A stretch of DNA of 26,077 nt, taken from the IMG/VR virus record IMGVR_UViG_3300037440_000267, positions 1 through 26,077 of that record. One strand, 5' to 3'. The position numbers were made by a program, and so were the translations under genes. Of the stretch, positions 1 to 9,560 are shown one piece after another. The notes under the pieces were generated by a model that was not told where the DNA came from, did not search any database, and saw only the letters and a list, made by a program, of their open reading frames with translations. The DNA is from a virus. Taxonomy: Duplodnaviria; Caudoviricetes. Positions within the stretch are counted from its first letter, which is position 1, and each line of letters begins with the position of its first letter.

Positions 1-1401
1 CTCGCCCCAATCCGTGGAAAAAAGTCTTACACCCTCGCCGGCTTCGAACGCTTCTGCCAGGAGCTGCGGATCGAGGACGGGACGCCGCTTCGCCTTGAGC
101 CGTTCCAGAAGCGGATTCTCAAGGACCATTTTGCCGGCGTGGTCGAGGAGGTCGTGGTCATCCCGAAGAAGAACGGGAAGTCGACCTTGTTCTCGGCGCT
201 GGCCTTGTACCACCTGGAGAACTGGCCGGAAGCTGACGTGGTGGTGGGGGCTTCGTCGCGGGATCAGGCAACGATCCTTTTCAATCAGGCGGCGAAGATG
301 GTGGAGCGATCGCCGGGGATCTCGGACCGCTTCGATGTCAAGGGTGGGTATCGACACATTCGCCTGGTGGCTAATCCAGGTGCGAGAATTCGTGTCCTCG
401 CCGCGGACGCCGGCACCGCCGACGGTGTGATTCCAACCTTGGCGCTGGTCGATGAGTTGCATCGTCACCCGAACGGGGATCTTTACGGTGTGTTCCGTGA
501 TGGCCTCGATGGCCGTGACGGTCGGATGGTGACCATGTCCACCGCAGGGTTGTCGGAAACCTCGGCTTTGGGTGAGATGCGGATCGCAGCGTTGAAGCTG
601 CACTCCTTTAGGCGCAAGGGCACTTACAGCCATGCCGCTGGTGAGGGTTTCGTGCTCCATGAATGGTCGCTGACCGAGGATGACGACCGGGATGACCTCA
701 AGTTGGTGAAGAGGGCGAACCCTGCCTCATGGCAGACCGTCGAGAAGCTTGCGCGCCGCAAAACCTCGCCGTCGATGACCCCGGGTCGCTGGGCTCGCTT
801 CGCTTGCGGAGTCTGGACCGGCGCTGAGGAACCCTGGCTTGAGGCCGGAGTCTGGGACAACCTGGCCGTCGACATCGGTGGAGTCAAGGAGGGCGAAGCC
901 GTCTGGGCTGCGGTGTCCGCGGGCACTAACCCGGCCATCGTCCTCGCAGCACCCCGCGATGGAGAAGCCGCCGCGGTGCGCTCGTTCATCTGGGAGGGCG
1001 ACGTTTCCCTCGCGGTCCTGGAGAATTGGCTGCTCGGGTTGGCCGAGACCTACGACCTGCGCGAGGTTGCATTCGACCGGGTCGAGTTCCAGCGCTCTGC
1101 CGAATTGCTCGAGGCGCGGGGGTTGCCGATGGTGGAGATTCCTCACTCCCCCGAGCGACTGTCGATTGTCTCTCAGACCTTGCACCGGTTGATCTCTCAG
1201 GGTGACCTTGCCCACGACGGCGACGCAGCGCTGCGGGCTCAGGTGACCGGCGCGGTGACCAAAGAGACCGAGCGCGGATGGCGGTTGTTGAAGTCTCCGC
1301 AGTCCCGCGCACTTATTGCGATGGCGGTTGCGGTTCACCAGGCGACACAGGTTGCTCGCCCTTCCCCGAAACCTCTGATAGTTGTAGGAAAGGCTGGATA
1401 G
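1..1401 (+). CDS. terL: Terminase large subunit, 5'-truncated
   Basis: Frame is open from base 1 (LAPIRG...LEPFQKRIL, adenine-binding region). Walker A PKKNGKS, Walker B LALVDELH, motif III TMSTAG, ANP motif. Lies directly upstream of portal. Confidence 0.95.
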   Translation, partial: LAPIRGKKSYTLAGFERFCQELRIEDGTPLRLEPFQKRILKDHFAGVVEEVVVIPKKNGKSTLFSALALYHLENWPEADVVVGASSRDQATILFNQAAKMVERSPGISDRFDVKGGYRHIRLVANPGARIRVLAADAGTADGVIPTLALVDELHRHPNGDLYGVFRDGLDGRDGRMVTMSTAGLSETSALGEMRIAALKLHSFRRKGTYSHAAGEGFVLHEWSLTEDDDRDDLKLVKRANPASWQTVEKLARRKTSPSMTPGRWARFACGVWTGAEEPWLEAGVWDNLAVDIGGVKEGEAVWAAVSAGTNPAIVLAAPRDGEAAAVRSFIWEGDVSLAVLENWLLGLAETYDLREVAFDRVEFQRSAELLEARGLPMVEIPHSPERLSIVSQTLHRLISQGDLAHDGDAALRAQVTGAVTKETERGWRLLKSPQSRALIAMAVAVHQATQVARPSPKPLIVVGKAG

Positions 1402-2553
1402 ATGGGCTGGTTGCAGAATCTTCTGGCCCCGGCGGCCTTCTCACAGAACGGGAACGGTCCCAAGTTCGGGATCGAAGTCCCGATTGAGATTGTTCAGGGT
1501 GACCGTCTTGCTGCCTTCGCCGGCGGACGCATCTCGCGTCGCGACGCCTTGGAGGTTCCGGCGGTTCTTCGTGCCCGGAACCTGATCGCGGGGACGCTGG
1601 CTCGTCTTCCGATCCATATCCGAGACAAGTTCCGGGAGGAGAACGACCCGACGGGGTTCTTGGCTCAGGTTGACCCGGATGTGGCGAATGTGGTCACGTT
1701 TGCCAACACCTACGAGGATTTGCTGTTCGAGGGTGTTGCTTGGTGGAAAGTGACCGCTTTCGGATGGAAGTCCTATCCGATGAACGCGACCCACGTCCCG
1801 GTAAACCATGTCACCGTCTCTGGTGGGCGGGTTTACATCAACGGCTTGCCGGTGTCTGATGCCGAGGTGATCCGCTTCGACTCCCCGAACCCTCCGCTCC
1901 TGATCCACGCCGCGCGGGCGATCCGCGCGGCTCTGCTGTTGGATACGACCGCAGCGCTGTACGCCGACAATCCGCTGCCTCTCGGCTACTTCGCCCCGAA
2001 GGAAGGAACCGACGACGCCCCGATTGAAGTGATCCAGGAAACCTTGAACGAGTGGGAGAAGGCTCGCAAAACCAAGGCATGGGGTTACGTCGGAGCGGCG
2101 TGGGAGGCAAAGAAGCTTCAGTTTGACGCCGAGCAGATCCAGCTGGCCGACCAGCGCCAGCACGCAGTCTTGGAGATCGCCCGGGCCACCGGTATCGACC
2201 CCGAAGACCTTGGAGTGTCGACCACTTCGCGGACCTATCAGAACGGTGAGCAGCGTCGTCAGGATCTTCTCGACTTCACTCTTGCCACCTATGTGTCGGC
2301 GTTCGAGCAGCGTCTTTCGATGAAGGACGTCCTGCCTCGCGGCTATACGGCCAAGGTCAACTTCGACGGGTTCCTTCGCTCCGACACCAAGACCCGGATG
2401 GAGGCTTACAAGATCGGCAAGGAAGTCGGCGCTTACGTCGACGACGAGATCCGTGAACTAGAAGACCGCCCGTCTTTGACCCCCGCGCAGAAGGCAGAAC
2501 TTCAACCAAAACCGCAACCGGAACCCCAACCGATGGAGCCAGTCAATGAGTGA
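1402..2553 (+). CDS. Phage portal protein (HK97-like)
   Basis: ALEVPAVLRARNLIAGTLA, EIARATGIDPEDLG, TYQNGEQ and EIRELED motifs; position after TerL. Confidence 0.93.
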   Translation: MGWLQNLLAPAAFSQNGNGPKFGIEVPIEIVQGDRLAAFAGGRISRRDALEVPAVLRARNLIAGTLARLPIHIRDKFREENDPTGFLAQVDPDVANVVTFANTYEDLLFEGVAWWKVTAFGWKSYPMNATHVPVNHVTVSGGRVYINGLPVSDAEVIRFDSPNPPLLIHAARAIRAALLLDTTAALYADNPLPLGYFAPKEGTDDAPIEVIQETLNEWEKARKTKAWGYVGAAWEAKKLQFDAEQIQLADQRQHAVLEIARATGIDPEDLGVSTTSRTYQNGEQRRQDLLDFTLATYVSAFEQRLSMKDVLPRGYTAKVNFDGFLRSDTKTRMEAYKIGKEVGAYVDDEIRELEDRPSLTPAQKAELQPKPQPEPQPMEPVNE

Positions 2554-4342
2554 CCCACAGATCACATTCGACACCGGAGACCTTGAGTTCCGGGTCAACC
2601 AGGAGAAGCGCACTATTTCGGGTCTGCTGTTGCCGTGGGACGTGGCGACGTTCGACTCTCAGGGCATCTCCAAATGGAAGTTCGCCAAGGATTCGCTTTA
2701 CGCGAAAGATGTCGGCCGGGTCAAGCTCAACTTGCACCACGACCGCAAGCAATCAATCGGACGGGCCGTAAGGCTCCAGTCGACTCAGGCTGGTCTCGAT
2801 GGGACGTTCGTAATCGCCCGAGGAGAAGAGGGAGACCGGGCGCTCTCGCTGGCTGAGGACGGAGTCCTCGACGGGTTCTCCATCGAACCACATTTCGCAG
2901 ATTCGGACGGGTGGATTTCAGACCCGGACGACAGGAGTGTGAGAAAGGTCACCAGCGCACGTCTGGCATCCGTGGCTTTGATCCCGGTGCCGTCATACGA
3001 CGACGCGCGTGTGACATCCGTCACTTTGCAGCAAGAGGAAGGTATCAAAATGGCTGACGAAAAGAACGCCATCGAGTCCACCGAAAAGGTGGAAGAGAAG
3101 AAAGAAGAGAAGGACGCAGAGTTCTCGCTCAAGGACGCCATCGGCCAGATGACCGAGGCTCACGTCGAGCTGACCAAAGACCTCAGCAAGGCGATCGGCG
3201 AGTCTGTTGCCGGCGCATTCCAGACCACGTTCGAGAATCAGGATGCCGAGCGCGGCACGGTGAAGGCGAACCGCTGGATGCAGGTCACCGACGCGCCGAT
3301 CTACCGGTTCTCTGGTAGCGGTAATTCGCTGCTCAAGGATGTCTGGTATGCGACGAAAGAGCACGACCCCGAAGCCGCGGAGCGGTATCGGCGGTTCCAG
3401 GCACAACAGCACAACACGGCCAAGGTGGCAGCGGAGCGGATGAACTTCGCCAACCCACAGAACACGCCGATGTTCGACTCTCAGGGTCAACCGATGTTCG
3501 CGGATGTGGACACCACTTCGGCTGCCGATGTGATCCCACCGGGTTACCGGCCTGACCTGTTCGTGCCAATCCTGGCGCAGGGCCGGCCCCTGGCCGACCT
3601 GGCGTCGCGAGGCACGCTGTCGGATGCGACACCGTTCGTTGTCCCACAGTTCGGCACGATCTCGGTGGACCTGGTTGGAGACCACGCCGAGGGGTCGGCA
3701 CCGACCGAAGGCACAATGACGATCACGTCGGCCACTGTGTCGCCGGTCGCCGTCTCTGGGAAGCTGCCGATCACTCGGGAGATCATCGACTCCTCGAGCC
3801 CGGGTGTGGACGGCATCGTCCTCGCCGCGCTCAGGGAGGACTACGCCCGGAAGACCGAAGCAAAGGTCTACACCGAGTTGAACACGAACAACACCGCGGG
3901 CGACACATACGCCGCGGCCACGATCGTGCAGGACATTCGAGACGAGATGGACGAATACTCGTTCACCCGGTTCGCATCACCCACAGGTGGTGCAGTGTCG
4001 CAGGCCGCGTCCGCTGCCATCTCGGCAGACGTCGACGGCTCTGGACGCCCGTTCATCCCCGCGGTTGGGGCCCAGAACGCCTTCGGTCAGGCCAACGCCA
4101 CATCTGGCGCATGGCCGATCGACGGTGTCGGGTTCGGCAAGGCGTGGGCAATGACCGGAACGTCGGGTAATGCCGAGGTCCTGATTGTCAACCGGGCTGA
4201 TGTCTATGTGTGGGAGTCCCCCACCCTGACGTTCCGCTTCGAAGAGAAGCAGGGTCCGGAGATCATCGAAATGGCCTTGTTTGGCTATTTCGCCACCAAG
4301 GTGCTCCGCGTTTTGGGCATCCGTGCGATGGACGCCGCCTAA
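2546..4342 (+). CDS. Fused prohead protease / major capsid protein (HK97 fold)
   Basis: N-terminal protease (LHHDRKQSIG His; DGFSIE Ser; PSYDDARV), then a charged delta-like segment, then capsid features (ITREIIDSSSP, DGSGRP). Confidence 0.92.
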   Translation: MSDPQITFDTGDLEFRVNQEKRTISGLLLPWDVATFDSQGISKWKFAKDSLYAKDVGRVKLNLHHDRKQSIGRAVRLQSTQAGLDGTFVIARGEEGDRALSLAEDGVLDGFSIEPHFADSDGWISDPDDRSVRKVTSARLASVALIPVPSYDDARVTSVTLQQEEGIKMADEKNAIESTEKVEEKKEEKDAEFSLKDAIGQMTEAHVELTKDLSKAIGESVAGAFQTTFENQDAERGTVKANRWMQVTDAPIYRFSGSGNSLLKDVWYATKEHDPEAAERYRRFQAQQHNTAKVAAERMNFANPQNTPMFDSQGQPMFADVDTTSAADVIPPGYRPDLFVPILAQGRPLADLASRGTLSDATPFVVPQFGTISVDLVGDHAEGSAPTEGTMTITSATVSPVAVSGKLPITREIIDSSSPGVDGIVLAALREDYARKTEAKVYTELNTNNTAGDTYAAATIVQDIRDEMDEYSFTRFASPTGGAVSQAASAAISADVDGSGRPFIPAVGAQNAFGQANATSGAWPIDGVGFGKAWAMTGTSGNAEVLIVNRADVYVWESPTLTFRFEEKQGPEIIEMALFGYFATKVLRVLGIRAMDAA

Positions 4343-4641
4343 TGGCTGCCATAACAGTCAGTGAAGTGAACGCAGACATTGCGTTCGTAGCCGCGAATGC
4401 CGGAGGCGACACCATCGTCTCCGGCACGGTCAACGCCCAGCACTACCTCGATGGAGTGTTTCTGCTGGTCGATAACGGCGGGGTCGCTTCGGTCGACGTG
4501 ACTGTCGGCGGTATCGAGTACGCGGTCGCAGACGGAGAGATCCATGCCCTGCCCGCCAACAAAGGCGTGTACCCGGGCACAGCGCTGGCCGTCACATATT
4601 CGGGGGTTACTTCGGTGACCGTCGCCGCCTTCCGTACCTAG
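4342..4641 (+). CDS. Putative capsid decoration/accessory protein
   Basis: ATG 4342 overlaps the capsid TAA (TAATG). About 99 aa, beta-rich, ending VTYSGVTSVTVAAF, as in post-capsid genes of actinophages. Confidence 0.6.
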   Translation: MAAITVSEVNADIAFVAANAGGDTIVSGTVNAQHYLDGVFLLVDNGGVASVDVTVGGIEYAVADGEIHALPANKGVYPGTALAVTYSGVTSVTVAAFRT

Positions 4642-4651
4642 GAGGTGCGTT

Positions 4652-4858
4652 ATGAGTGAAATCAGAGCCGGTGGTCACGTCATCGGCGACCACGGCTGGG
4701 AACCGGCAGACCTCCTCCCCTCGCGGGAGGAGGTCCCGGTCCTGTCGATGTCCAACACCAAGGCCGAACTGCTCGAAGCCGCGGAGGCGGCAGGGGTAGA
4801 AGTCGCGGAGGACGCCACCAAGCGTCAGATACTGGAGGCCCTAGATGGCGCTGAATGA
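4652..4858 (+). CDS. Small protein with HeH/LEM (Rho-N-like) motif
   Basis: AGGAGG RBS; C-terminal TKAELLEAAEAAGVEVAEDATKRQILEAL. Confidence 0.65.
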   Translation: MSEIRAGGHVIGDHGWEPADLLPSREEVPVLSMSNTKAELLEAAEAAGVEVAEDATKRQILEALDGAE

Positions 4859-5192
4859 CACAATCCTGAACATCGGCGCTGCCGCAATGCAAGTGGCGAT
4901 GACGCATTTGCAGATCCACACCGCAGAACCGAACGCCTCGGGTAGCAACGAGGCAACGTCGACCCGCCTGTCGATCACTTGGGTTACCGCAGCCAACGGG
5001 GACATGGTCGCCACCGTTGACCTCCCATTCACCGGCGGTGCCGGGTCAGGCGCTGCCACTCACGCCGGGTTCTGGTCGGCCGTGTCTGCTGGCACCTTCT
5101 ACGGGTGGCAGGTTCTGACCGGTGATCAGACGTTCAACGCCGCGGGCGAATACACGGTCACAGGGATCTCGATACCCGGCACAGCCAGTTAG
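4845..5192 (+). CDS. Virion structural protein (fibre-associated)
   Basis: GGAGG RBS; LHTAxP-like (IHTAEP) and HAGFWSAVSAGTF motifs typical of a small phage fibre-base family. Confidence 0.6.
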   Translation: MALNDTILNIGAAAMQVAMTHLQIHTAEPNASGSNEATSTRLSITWVTAANGDMVATVDLPFTGGAGSGAATHAGFWSAVSAGTFYGWQVLTGDQTFNAAGEYTVTGISIPGTAS

Positions 5193-5205
5193 TTAGGAGC
5201 CAGAC

Positions 5206-6648
5206 ATGGCCGCTGGCGACTTCGTCCGGCTGTCCGGGCCGGTCACATCCAAGGCCGCCGGCTCGTCACTTGCGATCTCCGTCCATGCATCCGGGCACGC
5301 CGCGGGGAACACGGTCGTGGTCGGCGCGTCGCACACCAACGCCGGCACTCTCGCCTCCGTTTCGGACTCCAAAGGGAACACGTACACCGAGATCCTGAAC
5401 GACACTGCCACCTCCCCCCGCGCGGGCATGTGGTATTCGGCTCTCGACACCGCCCTAGTCTCGGGTGACACGATCACCGTCACCTACGGGACCGCTCAGA
5501 ACCGTGGGCAAGTCCACATGGCCGCTGAGTTCGAGGGTGCCGGATCGCTTGACTCCCCCGGGGTTTCAGCCACCGGGTCAAGCGGCACGCCATCGTCGGG
5601 GAACAAGACCCCTGCTGCCGCTCCTGCCTTAGCCGTCGGGTGGATCGCGGCTGGTGGTGAAGGCGGCGACCTTGCGGTTGATGGGTCGTGGACGCTGGTC
5701 GGCTACGCCAGCTCGGGGACTGCTGGTGCGGCGTCCACCAACGTCGAAGCGATGATGGAACGCCAGGCGTTGTCGACCACCGATCCGGTTGCGGCAACGG
5801 GTACCATCAGCTCGACCTCGTGGTGGGCCGGTATCGCGGTGTTCACATTCGGTGTCCCTCCAAACGACGGAGCCGTCACAGGGTCTATCGCCTGGGTCGG
5901 ATCCGTCACCGGGGAAAGGGAGCCGAAGGCGACCGCAGACGGCGCAATCGGCTGGGTTGGATCGGTCTCCGGCACCACGGTTCGTTCAGGGTCAACCTCG
6001 GGGTCCATCGCCTGGGTCGGGACTGTTGACGGTGAGGCTCCGCTCATTGTCCAAGACGGCGAAGTCCTCGGCTCCATCGGTTGGGTAGGCACCGTCACCG
6101 GGACCACTGAAAGGTCAGGAGACGCCTCAGGTTCGCTCACATGGGCCGGAACCGTCACAGGGGCCACTACCCATAGCGGATCGGTCGCCGGCGCTGTCGA
6201 CTGGTCAGGTTCGGTCACCGGCACCGCCGACCACGAAGGCACCGCTGCCGGTGCTGTCGACTGGGTTGGAAGTGTCACCGGTGAGTCTCCTTCGGTCGGA
6301 CAACAGGACGGGTCAGTCTCAGGTGCTATCGACTGGGTCGGTGCTGTCACCGGTGAAGCGACTCACGAAGGTTCGGTCACCGGTTCGGTCGCCTGGGTCG
6401 GGAGTGTCGTAGGCGAATCGCCAGATGCCGATGTTTCCGAGGGTGCTGTCTTCGGGTCGGTCAACTGGGTCGGCACCGTGGACGGGTCAACGATCACCGA
6501 AGGTTCGGTGGCTGGTGCTATCGACTGGACGGGCACGGTTACCGGCCAGTTCCCAACGGCGCGGACCCGCCTAGAGGGACGCAGTATGTCCGGGTTCGGT
6601 GCTGAGGGCTCCCCATCGGGTGTAGGACTAGAAGGGACGAGACTCTGA
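5206..6648 (+). CDS. Putative head/neck fibre with about 11 Trp-containing repeats
   Basis: AGGAG RBS. Beta-rich N-terminal domain (VSDSKGNTYT), then G-x3-G-[SA]-[IV]-x-W-x-G-[ST]-V-x-G repeats. Confidence 0.7.
   Translation: MAAGDFVRLSGPVTSKAAGSSLAISVHASGHAAGNTVVVGASHTNAGTLASVSDSKGNTYTEILNDTATSPRAGMWYSALDTALVSGDTITVTYGTAQNRGQVHMAAEFEGAGSLDSPGVSATGSSGTPSSGNKTPAAAPALAVGWIAAGGEGGDLAVDGSWTLVGYASSGTAGAASTNVEAMMERQALSTTDPVAATGTISSTSWWAGIAVFTFGVPPNDGAVTGSIAWVGSVTGEREPKATADGAIGWVGSVSGTTVRSGSTSGSIAWVGTVDGEAPLIVQDGEVLGSIGWVGTVTGTTERSGDASGSLTWAGTVTGATTHSGSVAGAVDWSGSVTGTADHEGTAAGAVDWVGSVTGESPSVGQQDGSVSGAIDWVGAVTGEATHEGSVTGSVAWVGSVVGESPDADVSEGAVFGSVNWVGTVDGSTITEGSVAGAIDWTGTVTGQFPTARTRLEGRSMSGFGAEGSPSGVGLEGTRL
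5866..6550 (+). repeat. About 11 degenerate tandem coding repeats of 20-24 aa
   Basis: GSIAWVGSVTG / GAVDWVGSVTG units counted in the translation. Confidence 0.85.
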
Positions 6649-6649
6649 T

Positions 6650-7537
6650 ATGTTTCTAGTAGATACCGAGCCAACCTTCGGCGTGTCCTTCGGGACCGCC
6701 TCTGTTGGGACAGTAACCGTCACCGTCACCCGCTCGAACGGGACCGCAGTCGACACCAACGCCACGACCACCGACAACGCGAACGGGTCGTACTCCTACC
6801 AGTTGGCAGCCGCGGACAACGACCAGATCGACACGCTTCGCGTGGATTGGAAGGTTGTCTCCTCCGGTGAAGTGGTCACGCTGTACGAGGACATCGTCGG
6901 GTCGCTCCTGTTCACCATCGACCAGGCCCGCGCCTATACCGTTACCGGCCAGCAGACCCCGCTCTCCTCGACCACCACATACCCCGACTTCGTTGTCGCT
7001 CGGATGCGGGAGATGGTTACGGAGCAGTTCGAGCAGCGAACCGGACGGTCGTGGGTCTCTCGCCACTGCCGGGTCAAGCTTCACGGCAATGGGGCGAGGG
7101 AGTTAAGCCTGCGGGACGGTCACGCTCGGGACACGGCAGGCCGTGAGAGTGGTGGTGAGGGTCGGCACTACGACGTGCAGCGTCTGATCTCGGTGAGTGT
7201 TGCCGGGGTCGCCCAAGATGTGGCCGACTACACGCTTCACGGTCGCAAGGTGGTCGGTCCCACTTCCTGGCCGCGGGCCTCTTGGGACAGCCTGTTCAAT
7301 GTGGTCATCGAGTACGAGTACGGCGTCACTCCCACCAACCTCGAAGCCGAGGAGAACGGGTTGAGGATGGTCGTCGCCAATCTGGTGCCCTCCGACCTCT
7401 CTGCGTATGCGATGACCGCGGCCGCCGCTGGCGAGTCCTTGGCCTTCCCCCAGCAGACCGGTGGGCTGGTGTGGCCTCCTAAGGTGTGGGACTGGCTCAA
7501 GGCCAACCCCGCCCGGCGCATCCCTTCGGTGGCGTAA
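6650..7537 (+). CDS. Head-tail adaptor with N-terminal Ig-like domain
   Basis: N-terminal beta domain (VTVTVTRSNG...GSYSY), then an adaptor-like helix (EQFEQRTGRSW) and NVVIEYEYG; synteny. Confidence 0.7.
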   Translation: MFLVDTEPTFGVSFGTASVGTVTVTVTRSNGTAVDTNATTTDNANGSYSYQLAAADNDQIDTLRVDWKVVSSGEVVTLYEDIVGSLLFTIDQARAYTVTGQQTPLSSTTTYPDFVVARMREMVTEQFEQRTGRSWVSRHCRVKLHGNGARELSLRDGHARDTAGRESGGEGRHYDVQRLISVSVAGVAQDVADYTLHGRKVVGPTSWPRASWDSLFNVVIEYEYGVTPTNLEAEENGLRMVVANLVPSDLSAYAMTAAAAGESLAFPQQTGGLVWPPKVWDWLKANPARRIPSVA

Positions 7538-8029
7538 ATGGCCGCGAAGTGGACCGCCTTCGACTTCAAGAACTCGCTGGTGACCAAAACCGTCGCGGCT
7601 ATTGCCATAGCTTCGCCGGCTTATGACCCGGTGCCCAAAGTGGTCTCTTACTTCCCTTCACCCGATGAGGACAACGGCGACTCGGTAGCCATCGGTTGGA
7701 ACATGACCGACGACACCGAACGCGTCGCACTCGGTGTCGAGCAACCGCAGGACGAGGAAGTGATCGTGAGTTGCCGTGTCAACGTCACCCGCCCCGGAGC
7801 AGGCGAGACAGTTGCTCGAGCTGCCGAAGACCGTGCCGCTGAACTGATGAGCGAAGTCGACAACGTGATCCGCACCGACCCGCCCAGCGTGGGTGTCCAA
7901 ACCTTCCGGTCCAGGCTCACCAACCGTAACTCGGTTTCGATGGCCTGGTTCGTCGGTGAAGGCGTCCCGGCCCGCAGATGTGTCATCGAGTTCGATGTCG
8001 CCTATCGCGCACGGACAAGCAAGAACTAG
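7538..8029 (+). CDS. Putative tail terminator
   Basis: 163 aa, AEDRAAELMSEVDNVIRTDP helix and C-terminal beta strand; lies before the tail tube. Confidence 0.6.
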   Translation: MAAKWTAFDFKNSLVTKTVAAIAIASPAYDPVPKVVSYFPSPDEDNGDSVAIGWNMTDDTERVALGVEQPQDEEVIVSCRVNVTRPGAGETVARAAEDRAAELMSEVDNVIRTDPPSVGVQTFRSRLTNRNSVSMAWFVGEGVPARRCVIEFDVAYRARTSKN

Positions 8030-8038
8030 GAGCACCAC

Positions 8039-8215
8039 ATGAAGCTCAGGTACGTCGGGCCTTTCGTGTCCGTTCAGATCGCCGCCACCGGCCAGTCGGT
8101 GAAGCGGGGCGAGACCGTCGATGTGAAGGCTGATGTGGCTCGCGAACTCGCCAAACAATCCACTTGGAAAAAGGTAGCCAAAGCTAACAAGGAGAAGGAA
8201 TCATCGGAGACGTAA
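8039..8215 (+). CDS. Small 58-aa basic virion-region protein (absent from ORF track)
   Basis: AGGAG RBS, ATG 8039, MKLRYVGP...VKRGETVDV...KEKESSET*. Confidence 0.75.
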   Translation: MKLRYVGPFVSVQIAATGQSVKRGETVDVKADVARELAKQSTWKKVAKANKEKESSET

Positions 8216-9174
8216 AACACCAGTGGGGCGTCGGTGAGCAGGTCGATTGGGCCACCCCGATCACACCTAACCGGTTCTTCGAGTTTGTGTCTGAGACACA
8301 TCAGCACGAACGCAACATCGCCGTCTCCCAGGGCATCCGCTCGGGGCGCAAATACGGCGGGCAGGGACGGAGAGAAACTCGGCGCTGGGCGACAGGCACG
8401 CTCAACACCGAAGTTGCCACCAGCGGTTTCGGGTTGTTCTTCAAGCACCTTCTTGGAGACGTGGCGACAGTCGAGGACGAGGTTGGTGCTGCGTGGACTC
8501 ACACCTTCACCCCTGACGCTGCTGATCTGGTCGATACCGGGCTCACCCTCCAAAAAGGCGTGATGCGCTCTGACAGGACTGTTGAGCAGTTCACCTATCC
8601 GGGGTCGAAGGTCGTCTCGGCGGACTTTTCGATCGACGAGGACGGGCTGTTGATGTGCAGTTTCGAGTTCCTGTCCCGCGAAGAGGAGACGACCACTGCC
8701 CTTGCATCAGCGTCATACGCCACCCCGAAGATCTTCACCTACTCCCAAGGGGCGGTGAAGGTCGACTCGACGACGATGGCGAACGTCCGGTCGGTCGGGT
8801 CGCTGCAAATCGCCAACAACTACGTACAGCGCTGGTTCCTGGGCAACAACGGGCTGATGAGCGAACCGACCAACGTGCCCTTCGACACGCTCGCCGGGAA
8901 CCTCGACGTCGAGTTCCAGAACAACACCGACTTCTACGACCTGTTCGTCGCGGACACGTCCGCGGAGCTGGAGTTGGAGTTCGTCGGGGACATCATCGCC
9001 GGGACCACTAGTGAGACGCTGCGGATAACCATCGCCGACACACGGTTCGAGGGTGAGACCCCGAAGATCGGCGGTCCTGAGTTGATCTATCAGGGTGTCT
9101 CGTTTATCGGGTTGGACCCGGCGTCAGGTGCTGCGGTCACGATCGAATACACCACAGACACAGCACTTCCCTAA
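8200..9174 (+). CDS. Major tail tube protein (likely start ATC 8200; first canonical start GTG 8287)
   Basis: In-frame QWGVGEQVDWATPITPNRFFEFVSE resembles the tail-tube N-terminus; HTFTP, LTLQKG and FTYPGSKV motifs. Confidence 0.85.
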   Translation: MIGDVKHQWGVGEQVDWATPITPNRFFEFVSETHQHERNIAVSQGIRSGRKYGGQGRRETRRWATGTLNTEVATSGFGLFFKHLLGDVATVEDEVGAAWTHTFTPDAADLVDTGLTLQKGVMRSDRTVEQFTYPGSKVVSADFSIDEDGLLMCSFEFLSREEETTTALASASYATPKIFTYSQGAVKVDSTTMANVRSVGSLQIANNYVQRWFLGNNGLMSEPTNVPFDTLAGNLDVEFQNNTDFYDLFVADTSAELELEFVGDIIAGTTSETLRITIADTRFEGETPKIGGPELIYQGVSFIGLDPASGAAVTIEYTTDTALP

Positions 9175-9560
9175 TGGCGGTTGAGCCTGGTGTCACGGTC
9201 GAGGGGTTGAAGCTCCTCAGACAGAACGTCAAGAAAATCAAGGATGGCTACCCCAAAGAGCTGAAGATCATCCATAAGGCGGTGGCTGAACCGGTCGCTG
9301 AGTTGGGTGCCAGGAAGGTTCGTACGCGCAGCGGTGAGCTGGTCAACTCGATCATCTCTGGGGGCACCCTGAAAAGCGGGTTCGCCCAGGCTGGTCGTAC
9401 CGTCCCTTACGCCGCGGTGAACCATTGGGGGGGATATCCCGGCGACTACCAGGGCAACCCCTTCCTTACCGACGCCCTAGCGGAGTTGGAGGGCAGCATT
9501 ATCAGGGACTGGACTGACCTGACCGATGATTTCATCGAGAGAATGTGGGTGGATTCGTGA
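9174..9560 (+). CDS. HK97 gp10-like tail component
   Basis: VEGLKLL, RSGELVNSI, VPYAAVNHWG, NPFLTDAL motifs. Confidence 0.75.
   Translation: MAVEPGVTVEGLKLLRQNVKKIKDGYPKELKIIHKAVAEPVAELGARKVRTRSGELVNSIISGGTLKSGFAQAGRTVPYAAVNHWGGYPGDYQGNPFLTDALAELEGSIIRDWTDLTDDFIERMWVDS

Noticed and set aside
5866-6550. CRISPR array or DGR template/variable repeats
   Set aside because: These are degenerate in-frame coding repeats. There are no spacers, no adenine-specific differences and no reverse transcriptase in the window.
8160-8200. -1 frameshift from the small ORF into the tail tube at GGAAAAAG
   Set aside because: The tube frame has TAA at 8185-8187, downstream of that site.
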